Part shown: positions 1 through 8,332 of the stretch, one piece after another | Layout: each line of letters opens with the position of its first letter | How positions within the stretch are numbered: the stretch's first letter is position 1 | From: a virus | Taxonomy: Duplodnaviria; Caudoviricetes | DNA length: 36,087 bases | Virus record (IMG/VR): IMGVR_UViG_3300033067_000649 | Span: 1 to 36,087 of that record | Reading direction: 5' to 3' (one strand) | Program-made: the position numbers and the translations under genes | Notes under the pieces: generated by a model | Seen by the model: the letters and a program-made list of their open reading frames with translations, nothing else | Databases searched by the model: none | What the model was told of the DNA's origin: nothing

Positions 1-144
1 AGATTAAACGTAGTAGAGAAAGACTTACAAGAAATCAAAGAAGCCCATGCCAAAGACCGTTGGTTAGTGATGGGCGGTGTTTCTGTGCTAGCTTTTGTGT
101 TCTCAATATTTGGCGATATGTTTAAAAAGGTTGTAGGATTATGA
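1..144 (+). CDS. 5'-truncated small membrane protein, possibly holin/XhlA-like
   Basis: Frame 1 reads RLNVVEKDLQEIKEAHAKDRWLVMGGVSVLAFVFSIFGDMFKKVVGL*: coiled-coil then a C-terminal hydrophobic helix; next to lysis enzymes; not in ORF track. Confidence 0.5.
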   Translation, partial: RLNVVEKDLQEIKEAHAKDRWLVMGGVSVLAFVFSIFGDMFKKVVGL

Positions 145-296
145 AATGGATACTTGGTTTATTTACCTTATTATTGTCTTTATTATTTGGTGGATTTGGA
201 CGGCGTAATGATATCCAAAAAGACATTAATAAGCTTAGTGCTGATATTAAGTTTAGCATTCTCAAATCCGACAAACTCAGAGACCCCAACAAATAA
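141..296 (+). CDS. 51-aa N-terminal TM protein, possible inner-spanin-like lysis protein
   Basis: ATGA overlap with upstream stop, AGGA upstream; MKWILGLFTLLLSLLFGGFGRRNDIQKDINK...; not in ORF track. Confidence 0.5.
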   Translation: MKWILGLFTLLLSLLFGGFGRRNDIQKDINKLSADIKFSILKSDKLRDPNK

Positions 297-450
297 CGTC
301 GATCTGGTTGCTCAAAGATATTTAGAAGCTATCGAAGCTAAAGCAGAATATAAAGCACGTAAAGAGTCTTTAGAGGGCGAGTTGCTTTGGCTCAGAGCGC
401 AGAACTTAGTCCTATTCTTTGTGGTTTCTTATATGGCCGTTAACAAATGA
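208..450 (+). CDS. secreted/membrane coiled-coil protein, possible spanin-like partner
   Basis: ATG208 gives MISKKTLISLVLILSLAFS (signal-like), a coiled-coil and a hydrophobic C-terminus; overlaps 141-296 in another frame. Confidence 0.5.
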   Translation: MISKKTLISLVLILSLAFSNPTNSETPTNNVDLVAQRYLEAIEAKAEYKARKESLEGELLWLRAQNLVLFFVVSYMAVNK

Positions 451-911
451 TCAAACTATTTAAAGCTATTTTTAAACTATTTTTTAAACAGATAGAACCT
501 GTGTCTACCCTTATCCAAAATGGTTTTTTATTCAAAGCTACCATAAAAGACAAAGAGGCTTCTGGAATACTTTCTTACGGTGATAAATCATGGCCTGCTA
601 TTTCTGGACGATGGGGAAACGGATACCTGCCAGAAGGGTTATACGAGGCTTATGGCTTCTGGGATGAGTCAGGTGATGCGTACTCATACAAAGACGAACA
701 CGACCGTAAAATAGGCTTTTATATTCGTTTAGAGCCTAAATTCAAGACAGATAGAACTCAGTTACTTATTCATTTTGACGGGAATGTAGAAGGCACATTA
801 GGGTGCATTGGAATTAAGCCAAAGGGATATTTATATGCTTTAGATACTTATTCAGACCTTAAAAAGATCATGCAAGTTGGCAAGGTTCCGCTTGAGGTAA
901 AATACACTTAG
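447..911 (+). CDS. L,D-transpeptidase-like (YkuD/DUF2778-Tlde1-type) cell-wall enzyme, putative endolysin
   Basis: SGRWGNGYLPEGLY and LLIHFDGNVEGTLGCI (His...GC catalytic motif). Confidence 0.7.
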   Translation: MIKLFKAIFKLFFKQIEPVSTLIQNGFLFKATIKDKEASGILSYGDKSWPAISGRWGNGYLPEGLYEAYGFWDESGDAYSYKDEHDRKIGFYIRLEPKFKTDRTQLLIHFDGNVEGTLGCIGIKPKGYLYALDTYSDLKKIMQVGKVPLEVKYT

Positions 912-984
912 TCAACCTTTATTTTTTTCTATCCTTTACAGCTATTAAAAACCGTTTGTTATTCTAACAGTCGAGGAGAAATCA

Positions 985-1521
985 ATGAAAAATTTAATTA
1001 ACTTATTATCGTTCACATATAACGAATCAAACAAACTTATTGTTATTATCTTAGCCTTAGCGTTACTTTTAGCGATATTAATAGGTTTTTTTGCGCCTTT
1101 ACCTGCGAATACTAATCTTAAAATGATCCGACCATTTGACGATAGTATTTATCCGGTAGTAATCAGTGGACGATTCGGGGCCCCAAGATCACAAACAATG
1201 GGCGGAACTCAATACCAACACACAGGTATTGATTACAAGTTAGAAAAGGGGACTAACCTTAGAGCGGCTTATGATGGGAAAGTGATCTTTGCAGAAGACG
1301 CTGAAAACGGATACGGGAACTTAGTAAAAATAGATCATGGTAACGGGGTAGTGACTTTATACGCTCATTTACTTAGACCAGACGTTAAAGAAGGCCAGAT
1401 AGTTAAACAAGGTGATCTAATAGGAAAAGTTGGTAACTCAGGTAGGAGTTTTGGATACCATTGTCATTTTGAGGTTAGGCTAAATGGGAATCCTGTTCAT
1501 CCTGCCCAATTCGTGTTTTAA
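985..1521 (+). CDS. M23 family metallopeptidase with N-terminal TM segment
   Basis: HTGIDY (HxxxD), GYGNLVKIDH, TLYAHL, GYHCHFEVR (HxH); GAGGAG SD. Confidence 0.93.
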   Translation: MKNLINLLSFTYNESNKLIVIILALALLLAILIGFFAPLPANTNLKMIRPFDDSIYPVVISGRFGAPRSQTMGGTQYQHTGIDYKLEKGTNLRAAYDGKVIFAEDAENGYGNLVKIDHGNGVVTLYAHLLRPDVKEGQIVKQGDLIGKVGNSGRSFGYHCHFEVRLNGNPVHPAQFVF

Positions 1522-1533
1522 ACCCCTAAGTTA

Positions 1534-1926
1534 TTAGGCAAATTTGGCTTGGATTGCGAGTTTATCGGTGTATTGCTTGGCGATAGCAAGCAAGTCTTCA
1601 GCATAGAGTTTTTCTTGTTTTTTGGACTTCTCGCATAGTGTTAAGTAGAACTCAGGGCCTCGTTGTTTGATTAAAAACTCAATAAACTTATGTGGGTGAT
1701 AGTTCATTTCCATGTTACACCCAGCGCATGAAGGAACGGCGTTTTCTTCGTCCCAACGTACTGAGTAATAAGACCTAGAAATAATATGAAAGCAGTGTTC
1801 TGTTGGTCTAGCGCAAAATGTACATTGTGGGCTAAGTGATCGGATGTATGAGGCAAAGGCAGTATCAGCTTTTTTAACTAGATTCTTACGGCTAGGCTTC
1901 TTCTTATCTTTTGGTTTCATTAACAC
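1534..1926 (-). CDS. ninG: NinG/Rap-family recombination endonuclease (HNH-like)
   Basis: KADTAFASYIR, CTFC, HIISR, VRWDEENAVPSCAGCN. Confidence 0.8.
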   Translation of the reverse strand: MLMKPKDKKKPSRKNLVKKADTAFASYIRSLSPQCTFCARPTEHCFHIISRSYYSVRWDEENAVPSCAGCNMEMNYHPHKFIEFLIKQRGPEFYLTLCEKSKKQEKLYAEDLLAIAKQYTDKLAIQAKFA

Positions 1927-1958
1927 AAGATAATTGTATAATATTTTTGATTCCTAAT

Positions 1959-1992
1959 TTGCGTCCCTCGGTGTGGCCATCGGGGGATGTAA
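1959..1992 (+). terminator. 15-bp stem-loop, possible terminator or insulator of + strand read-through
   Basis: TTGCGTCCCTCGGTG-TGGC-CATCGGGGGATGTAA pairs fully using four G-U pairs on the + strand; no immediate U-tract. Confidence 0.45.
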
Positions 1993-2000
1993 AATACTTG

Positions 2001-2029
2001 TTGCATTTCTTTTTTTATTTTAGTATCTT
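2001..2029 (+). promoter_or_regulatory. sigma70-type promoter
   Basis: TTGCAT-17 bp-TATCTT; predicted +1 near 2036, the first base of a strong hairpin. Confidence 0.6.
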
Positions 2030-2035
2030 TGCAAT

Positions 2036-2340
2036 GGCTGGCGAGTTACCGCATGGACTCCCAGCCAGCCTATACAAAGGCTAAGTGCATGTGGAGGCAA
2101 ATCAATCGTGCGGAATTCTTAAAAACAATTCCTGATTTTTGCTGAGTGTAGAGGGGCGTAGTAATCGCCGTTTATGGCACTTAAAAGAACATAGACTATT
2201 TACTTGCTGGCCCGCCACTGGTCTACATGTGGCCCATACTTCGGTATAACCGGCACTATCAGTTCTACTAGTGAATTGATCTCTGAATGTCTAATTTTAA
2301 ATTAAGCTTAACCGCTCAAGGGAATCTTATACCCTTTTTA
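2036..2340 (+). ncRNA. candidate structured ncRNA or long structured leader (~300 nt), family unrecognised
   Basis: About ten nested helices, including a cUUCGg loop (2236-2247) and a GUAA GNRA loop (2155-2169); no long ORF. Confidence 0.55.
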
Positions 2341-2398
2341 ATCTTAGATAATCAGAGGATTGTGCTTAAACCTCCTTCGGTATTACTTAGGAGTTAGT

Positions 2399-2692
2399 AT
2401 GGATTATGTATTAAATGGAATTATTAAATCTAATATGGATATTTTGTTTAATAGAAAAAAAATAATAAGCTCAGATCCGAATTATTATTACGGATTAATT
2501 TTAAAGAAATATTTAGATTTAAGAAACGAAATGCCAGACCCTAGATACGGCGATAATAATCAACTTCAAAAAAGAAAAACATACGCAAATTTAATGACCG
2601 AAAAATACGACGAATCGATAGAAATGATTTCAGAATGGTTAGACGCTAGAGAAGAAAAGAGAAAATACTGGCTTGACAGAAAATCTAAATAA
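2399..2692 (+). CDS. hypothetical helical protein (97 aa)
   Basis: AGGAG SD before ATG2399 within the 2360-2692 ORF. Confidence 0.65.
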   Translation: MDYVLNGIIKSNMDILFNRKKIISSDPNYYYGLILKKYLDLRNEMPDPRYGDNNQLQKRKTYANLMTEKYDESIEMISEWLDAREEKRKYWLDRKSK

Positions 2693-2701
2693 TTGTAAAG
2701 T
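2673..2701 (+). promoter_or_regulatory. sigma70-type promoter for the ibrB/ibrA-like operon
   Basis: TTGACA-17 bp-TAAAGT, followed by AAAGGGGA SD and ATG2719. Confidence 0.65.
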
Positions 2702-2718
2702 GATTGAAAGGGGAAGAC

Positions 2719-3864
2719 ATGGAAAATTTAAATAAAATAAAAGAGCTGACTTTAGATTTATTAAAAGGAATGGACTTAAACGAACGAGTCCATGTTATTA
2801 ATACGATTAGAGAATTTCTTCACGAAGAGTCGCCATTTAAAAATGAGCCGGTTGATTTTGTTAAATGGGTAAAATCTGACAATGTGATAGCCAATGAATA
2901 CAACCCGAATAAAGTAGCCCCGCCAGAAATGCAGTTATTAGAAATATCTATTACTAACGACGGATATACGCAGCCTATTGTTACGTTTCCACATGATGGA
3001 AAAATTGAGGTGGTAGACGGGTTTCATAGAAACAGAGTAGGTAAAGAATCGAAAACGGTAAGAGAAAGAATAAAAGGATATTTGCCTATAGTTGCGATCA
3101 GAAAAGAACAGACTTCTAAAAATGACCGTATTGCTTCCACTATCAGACACAACAGGGCGAGAGGGAAGCACGTTGTAGATGCTATGTCTGAGATTGTATT
3201 AGAGCTTAAAAACAGGAATTGGAAAAACGAAAGAATAGCTCGTGAATTAGGTATGGATGAAGAAGAGATTTTAAGGCTTTGTCAAATTAGCGGGCTTGAG
3301 GATATTTTTAAAGATGATGATTTCTCGAAGTCATGGAATATAGAAGATTCTGAGATAGATAAATTTGAAGAGCTAACAGACGAGGTTACAGAAATGGAAC
3401 GAGAGCAACATAAATTTAGGACAACAAACACTAGCGATGAAGATCGTATTTTTCATACTCACGATAAGTGGGAATGCTTGCAAGCAGGATTTTATAAAAC
3501 AACACCACTGGAAGGATTGACTAGCGAACAGTGCGAATCTTTTTATGCAGAATTTTTATCTAACGACAAGCGTTTTAGAGATGCTTTAGAAAAAGTTATT
3601 ACTCAATGGAAACATTCTTGCGAGCATTATTTAACTAATAAAGCAATGAATAGAATTGCTTGGCTAGGACAGGCTGCGATGTGTTACGAAACGGGAGTTT
3701 CTAGTAAGTTTTGCGGTGGGTTTTATTTAATGGATGAAAAAAAACAAGACATAGCAAACAGGACAGCGCACGAATATCTAAATAAATGGCTATTAGCAAA
3801 CGGTCGGCATGAAGTCTCATTTGATGAAGCGTACAGCACAGGCAGACAGGTGGAGATTTACTAA
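2719..3864 (+). CDS. IbrB/YbdM-like ParB/Srx-domain protein with fused C-terminal domain
   Basis: ANEYNPNKVAPPEMQLLEISITNDGYTQPIV, VVDGFHR, RIASTIRHNRARGKH, HTH-like IARELGMDEEEILRL. Confidence 0.85.
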   Translation: MENLNKIKELTLDLLKGMDLNERVHVINTIREFLHEESPFKNEPVDFVKWVKSDNVIANEYNPNKVAPPEMQLLEISITNDGYTQPIVTFPHDGKIEVVDGFHRNRVGKESKTVRERIKGYLPIVAIRKEQTSKNDRIASTIRHNRARGKHVVDAMSEIVLELKNRNWKNERIARELGMDEEEILRLCQISGLEDIFKDDDFSKSWNIEDSEIDKFEELTDEVTEMEREQHKFRTTNTSDEDRIFHTHDKWECLQAGFYKTTPLEGLTSEQCESFYAEFLSNDKRFRDALEKVITQWKHSCEHYLTNKAMNRIAWLGQAAMCYETGVSSKFCGGFYLMDEKKQDIANRTAHEYLNKWLLANGRHEVSFDEAYSTGRQVEIY

Positions 3865-5078
3865 TGCATATCAAGAAATATCAATCTTACACTGTATTAG
3901 AAGCAACCAAAGAAAGGATAAAAAAAGTCTTTGATGATTTTGAAAAGGTCTATGTTTCGTTTTCTGGTGGTAAAGACTCAACCGTGATGATTCATTTAGT
4001 TATGGAAGAGGCAATCAAAAGAGGTAAGCAGGTAGGCGTTTTGATTATCGATTTAGAGGCTCAATACAAAGACACGATAGACCACATTGAGCGAACAGTA
4101 GAAATGTATAAGGATCATATTGACTTGCACTGGTTTGCAGAGCCATTACTATTAAGAAACGCAGTCTCTAATTATGCCCCACGTTGGATTTGTTGGGATG
4201 AAGAAAAGAAAGACATATGGGTACGTCCAAAACCTTTAAAGGCTAGGCCAGTTACAGACTACCCGTTCTTTGTGCCTAAAATGGAGTTTGAAGAGCTTAT
4301 GGTTTTATTTGGAGAGTGGTATTCAGAGAATGGGAAATATCTAACAGGTGCATTTATCGGCATTAGAGCCGACGAAAGCCTACATAGATATAGAGCTATC
4401 GCATCACGAAAAGATGGGCTACTTCATAAAGATTATAAGTGGACCACAAAGATAGCTAAAAATTTATTTAATCTATATCCGATATACGACTGGAAAACTG
4501 AAGACATTTGGATTTATCACGGGAAATTTAGAAATAAAACACACAACGCTATTTACGACAAAATGAATATGGCTGGTGTTAAGTTAAGTCAGCAAAGACT
4601 TTGCCAACCGTACGGAGACGATCAACGGCGTGGATTATGGCTCTATCATATTCTTGAGCCAGAGACTTGGTATAAGGTAGTCGCTAGGGTGAATGGGGCT
4701 AATTCGGGTTCTTTGTATATAAACGAAACTGGAAATATGACTGGATACAATAAGATTACTAAACCAGACGGTCATACATGGCAAAGCTTTTGTAATTTAC
4801 TTTTAAAGACAATGCCTAAAAAAACAAGAGATCATTATCGTTTAAGGTTCAAGAAATTTATTGCAGGCTGGCAAGATAGAGGCTATGAAAAGATTCCTGA
4901 TGAATCACCGATAGAGCTAGAAAATTCTCAATGGGCTCCATCGTGGAGACGCATGTGTAAGGTGATTTTAAGAAATGATTATTGGTGCAAGGGGTTAGGG
5001 CAAACACAACCAAAGTCTGAAGCTTACGGTAAATTTAAAGCAATCCAAAAACAAAGAAGGGAAGCGGTGGTAGCATGA
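3864..5078 (+). CDS. IbrA/YbdN-like PAPS-reductase-family (PP-loop) protein with DUF3440-like C-terminus
   Basis: VSFSGGKDS, GIRADESLHR, YPIYDW, QRLCQPYGDDQR, PSWRRMCKVILRNDYWCKGL. Confidence 0.88.
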   Translation: MHIKKYQSYTVLEATKERIKKVFDDFEKVYVSFSGGKDSTVMIHLVMEEAIKRGKQVGVLIIDLEAQYKDTIDHIERTVEMYKDHIDLHWFAEPLLLRNAVSNYAPRWICWDEEKKDIWVRPKPLKARPVTDYPFFVPKMEFEELMVLFGEWYSENGKYLTGAFIGIRADESLHRYRAIASRKDGLLHKDYKWTTKIAKNLFNLYPIYDWKTEDIWIYHGKFRNKTHNAIYDKMNMAGVKLSQQRLCQPYGDDQRRGLWLYHILEPETWYKVVARVNGANSGSLYINETGNMTGYNKITKPDGHTWQSFCNLLLKTMPKKTRDHYRLRFKKFIAGWQDRGYEKIPDESPIELENSQWAPSWRRMCKVILRNDYWCKGLGQTQPKSEAYGKFKAIQKQRREAVVA

Positions 5079-5311
5079 AACGCCTAATAATTAACAAGCT
5101 AGACAAAGGTTATTTCGGAATCCGTTCTAACTTTGTAGAACGAGAGGATGTAGAAGTTTTTTACAACGGAGAGACATACCTAGTTAAACGTGGGACTAAA
5201 CCACATAGAGTGACCACGATCCAAAGTAAGTTTGAAGAAAAGCCGATGACTATAAATATGTACCGTATTCCAGTGTTGGCAAGAGAAGAAAATCAAATGA
5301 GGTTATTTTAA
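5075..5311 (+). CDS. hypothetical protein
   Basis: ATGA-coupled ORF ending QMRLF (clamp-binding-like pentapeptide, weak). Confidence 0.65.
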   Translation: MKRLIINKLDKGYFGIRSNFVEREDVEVFYNGETYLVKRGTKPHRVTTIQSKFEEKPMTINMYRIPVLAREENQMRLF

Positions 5312-5490
5312 TGGCTGGCTGGATGTCAAATTGTGGTTGTAGTGAAATTAGAAGCGCTGTCTCTTGGCCGGTAAAAAAGCAAATTTTTTTATGGTTTTAT
5401 AAATGGGAGATTGAATGCAGGCCATCTATTACCAAAAGTGAATGCGCAAAACACAGTAAAACTGGAAAGTTTGAAATTCAAACAAATTAG
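5311..5490 (+). CDS. hypothetical 59-aa Cys-containing protein
   Basis: TAATG overlap, GAGG upstream; MAGWMSNCGCSEIR...; not in ORF track. Confidence 0.45.
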   Translation: MAGWMSNCGCSEIRSAVSWPVKKQIFLWFYKWEIECRPSITKSECAKHSKTGKFEIQTN

Positions 5491-5498
5491 GAAAATAA

Positions 5499-5657
5499 AT
5501 GAAAGTTACAAAACTAAGACCAGTAAAAGCTAAATACCCTAAGGGTAACATGTCAGACACCAACGCACATAAGAAGTTAACGGAGGCAATTAAGAGACTT
5601 AATAAGGAAATGGGACTGCCTGAGGGGTACGGTAAGAACCTGAGAGCTTGGAAGTAG
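5499..5657 (+). CDS. hypothetical 52-aa basic protein
   Basis: AGGA SD; MKVTKLRPVKAKYPKG...; not in ORF track. Confidence 0.5.
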   Translation: MKVTKLRPVKAKYPKGNMSDTNAHKKLTEAIKRLNKEMGLPEGYGKNLRAWK

Positions 5658-5658
5658 C

Positions 5659-5688
5659 TTGACAGCGACATAGTTATCTGTATATAAT
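5659..5688 (+). promoter_or_regulatory. consensus sigma70 early promoter
   Basis: TTGACA-18 bp-TATAAT, then AAAGGGGA SD and ATG5719. Confidence 0.8.
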
Positions 5689-5718
5689 GCCTTATCTTTA
5701 ATCGAAAGGGGAAAAAAG

Positions 5719-5988
5719 ATGAATATATATCCAGCAGGAATGACAGGGACAGAGTTAGACGACGCAAGTCTAGAAGAGGTGATTGATAACGCAGACCGTA
5801 AAGAGTTAAGAGACATGATTATCGGTTACATGACACCAGAACACGAGAAAGAGCTTTTAAAAGAGTTCATTAAACAGATGTCAACCAAACAACTTGAAAA
5901 CACTATTGAAGAGCTATTGTACGAAGAACGAAATATGAAAATAGCCAGAGAATTCATTAAGGACAATTGTCCAGAGATTGCGGAGTAA
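5719..5988 (+). CDS. hypothetical acidic protein
   Basis: ORF with strong SD directly after promoter. Confidence 0.75.
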   Translation: MNIYPAGMTGTELDDASLEEVIDNADRKELRDMIIGYMTPEHEKELLKEFIKQMSTKQLENTIEELLYEERNMKIAREFIKDNCPEIAE

Positions 5989-5990
5989 AT

Positions 5991-6728
5991 ATGAACAAAT
6001 TTCAAATTGTAGAAAAAGACGGGTTAAGACGCATTGAGTACTTTAATGAGCATTGGTATCAAGTAGGTGAGGAATTCTACCCTTCGGTTACTCAAGTTTT
6101 GCAGATAGTGGCCAAGGGAGTTGGATTTGATGAATGGTTAAAATCTGTCTCTTTTAATGCCGAACATATCGCACGAAAAGCCATGGAGTCAGGTTCTAAA
6201 GTTCACAATGCAATCGAGCAAATGATTAAAGGAAATACTTTATCTTGTGAAACCGGACAGTACGAATGGAAAGAATGGAAAATGATCAATGAGTTTACGG
6301 AATGGTACAACGGATTAGACGTGCAACCTTTGAATGTTGAAAATGTAGTTTATTCTACTGAGCTAAAATGCGCTGGAACCGTGGACCTTGTATGTAAGAT
6401 TGGTGAAAAAACGTATTTAATTGATTACAAAACAGGTGGCGAGTATTCAAGCCACGCCAAACAAGTCGCTGCTTACCGTTATATGGCAGAACAAAACGGA
6501 GTTCATATAGACGAATGCGCTATTGTTTATCTCGGGTCAACAGTAAGGACCAAAAAGGACTTAAATTATCCGGGCGTAAAAGTTGTTTTAGTTGACTATG
6601 AAAAGAACATTAAGCTATTTAAATCAGCTTTAGATCTTTGGAGTGACGAAAACGAAGGCGCTAAACCAAAGAACATGGAATATCCGGTTAGCGTTGGGGT
6701 TAAAAATATTTTGAAAGTAGGTGAATAA
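5991..6728 (+). CDS. PD-(D/E)XK recombination exonuclease
   Basis: YPSVTQVL, GSKVHNAIE, CAGTVDLV, LIDYKTG, QVAAY; GGAG SD before ATG5991. Confidence 0.85.
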   Translation: MNKFQIVEKDGLRRIEYFNEHWYQVGEEFYPSVTQVLQIVAKGVGFDEWLKSVSFNAEHIARKAMESGSKVHNAIEQMIKGNTLSCETGQYEWKEWKMINEFTEWYNGLDVQPLNVENVVYSTELKCAGTVDLVCKIGEKTYLIDYKTGGEYSSHAKQVAAYRYMAEQNGVHIDECAIVYLGSTVRTKKDLNYPGVKVVLVDYEKNIKLFKSALDLWSDENEGAKPKNMEYPVSVGVKNILKVGE

Positions 6729-6813
6729 TGGCAAGAAAAAAACTGTCTTGGATTCAAAAGCTACTAAGAAAATTAAGCCAACGCAAATAATGCAAAGGCA
6801 GAAGGAATAAACA

Positions 6814-7260
6814 ATGAGTAAATTTACACCGTCAGACATAGCAAAACAAAACGAATTAAATTCTAAGTTCTGGAAAATAAAGAATGGGGAAGAGCTAAGG
6901 GGTTATTTCTTAACGAACGAATTTGACAAGAAACCTACTGAGTTTAATGACCCAAAATCAGAGACTGGAAAAAAGATTGTTATCAAGTACGCCGCACAGT
7001 TTAAAGGAAGAATTAATAGCGGTGAAGAAATGCAAAAGGAATTTGCAGGGTCTGGAACCATGATCGAAGAAATGTTTTCTAGGGCTACAAAAAGAGAGCT
7101 TAACTTTACTGATGCCATTTTCTCTATTGAACGAAAAGGCGAAGGTTTAGGTACTGAATATATTATTGATGTGCTAGGCAAAAAAGATAACCCAGTGAGT
7201 GCGGTTAAGGAAGTATTTCAAAACTCAAAGGAATTAAAAGATGACAACATCCCATTCTAG
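6814..7260 (+). CDS. single-stranded DNA-binding protein (phage type)
   Basis: Acidic-aromatic tail DDNIPF; follows the exonuclease. Confidence 0.65.
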   Translation: MSKFTPSDIAKQNELNSKFWKIKNGEELRGYFLTNEFDKKPTEFNDPKSETGKKIVIKYAAQFKGRINSGEEMQKEFAGSGTMIEEMFSRATKRELNFTDAIFSIERKGEGLGTEYIIDVLGKKDNPVSAVKEVFQNSKELKDDNIPF

Positions 7261-7621
7261 TGATCAAGAAGACCAAAAGTTTGATGCAATGGACGCTAGG
7301 GCATGCCAGATAGAGCTAGACAGGCTTGGAATGGCGCACAATGAAGTCATTGAAGCATTGCGAGAAGTCAATAAGTTTTTGCCTGATTTAAAAAAGAAAA
7401 TCAAGGGATACGTTGCAAGACATTATAAGGTTGCCTTTGATGAAACTAAAAAGAACGCAGGTCAAGAAACTTTAGAGCAATGGGCTGGGTCTAAGAATAT
7501 TGATGACTATGAACTATATGTTTATTGGTCTGAGAAGTTTGAAGAGCTTGAAAAAATAAGCCGTGCATACCAGGCAAGTATGAGCGCAGCACAAAGTAGG
7601 TTGAATTTTTTTAAGAAGTAA
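7241..7621 (+). CDS. helical/coiled-coil protein of the recombination module
   Basis: All-helical ORF overlapping the SSB end. Confidence 0.6.
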   Translation: MTTSHSSDQEDQKFDAMDARACQIELDRLGMAHNEVIEALREVNKFLPDLKKKIKGYVARHYKVAFDETKKNAGQETLEQWAGSKNIDDYELYVYWSEKFEELEKISRAYQASMSAAQSRLNFFKK

Positions 7622-7624
7622 ATC

Positions 7625-7670
7625 ACGCCCGCTGGGATGCGTTCCCCCTTAAATTCTCGGCGGGTGCTTT
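7625..7670 (+). terminator. GC-rich stem-loop, probable weak terminator/processing site
   Basis: CGCCCGCTGGGA...TCTCGGCGGGTG (12 bp with G-U) followed by CTTT. Confidence 0.5.
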
Positions 7671-7682
7671 GAAAAGGTGCAT

Positions 7683-7934
7683 ATGAAATATTTAATATTG
7701 TTTTTTATTTTAATTAGTATTTCTGGATGTGGAATGGAAGGAATTGAAGTAAAGCAAACAGAAAACCCAGAGGCCAAAGTAAAGGTTCTTTTTACTGTTG
7801 ATGGGTGCACTGTATACAGATTCTTAGATGCAGGAGACTATATTTATTTTACAAATTGTAATGGACAAACTTTTAATAAAGATTGTTATTGGTCAGGGAA
7901 AGTTTATATCTGTAAAGAAAAATCGGTTGATTAG
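7683..7934 (+). CDS. lipoprotein, DUF4884-like
   Basis: MKYLILFFILISISGC lipobox; LFTVDGCTVYRFLDAGDYIYFTNC. Confidence 0.7.
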   Translation: MKYLILFFILISISGCGMEGIEVKQTENPEAKVKVLFTVDGCTVYRFLDAGDYIYFTNCNGQTFNKDCYWSGKVYICKEKSVD

Positions 7935-7942
7935 GAGAAATA

Positions 7943-8122
7943 ATGAAAAATAAAAAACAGCTTAGTAAAGAAGCGACAAAAATGATTCTATTTGTTCAAG
8001 AGGGTAGAAAGATTTTTAAAAAATTCGATACAAGAGGTTTTGATTCATGGGGACAAACAGAACAGGCTTTTGTGAAAGATATAGCTATAGCCATGTTTAA
8101 CAAATCGAAGGTGAGAAAATAA
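7943..8122 (+). CDS. hypothetical 59-aa protein
   Basis: AGGAG SD; MKNKKQLSKEATKMILF...; TAATG coupled to next gene; not in ORF track. Confidence 0.6.
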   Translation: MKNKKQLSKEATKMILFVQEGRKIFKKFDTRGFDSWGQTEQAFVKDIAIAMFNKSKVRK

Positions 8123-8331
8123 TGAAAGAACTAAGTAGAGAGAAGCTAGTGGAGTTATTAAACAAGCATGGTGGTTATGCAGGATTAGCCAAGGCTATGG
8201 GAGACAGTAGACAGGCGTGGCATCAAAAAGCCCGTATTAGAGGGATTAAAAGTAAACTCAATAAGGTTGACTATATTTATAAATACTTAATAGAGAAGAA
8301 GAAGCAGAAAATAGAGAGAGTTTATTATTAA
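8122..8331 (+). CDS. small HTH (Cro-like) DNA-binding protein
   Basis: GGYAGLAKAMGDSRQAWHQ matches an HTH pattern. Confidence 0.6.
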   Translation: MKELSREKLVELLNKHGGYAGLAKAMGDSRQAWHQKARIRGIKSKLNKVDYIYKYLIEKKKQKIERVYY

Positions 8332-8332
8332 C

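Noticed and set aside
2034-2084. 16-aa ORF MAGELPHGLPASLYKG
   Set aside because: No SD, ATG lies at or before the predicted +1, and it sits inside a strong hairpin; a leaderless peptide cannot be fully excluded
5991-6728. Cas4 / CRISPR association
   Set aside because: No Fe-S cysteine pattern, no cas genes or array; adjacency to SSB fits a recombination exonuclease
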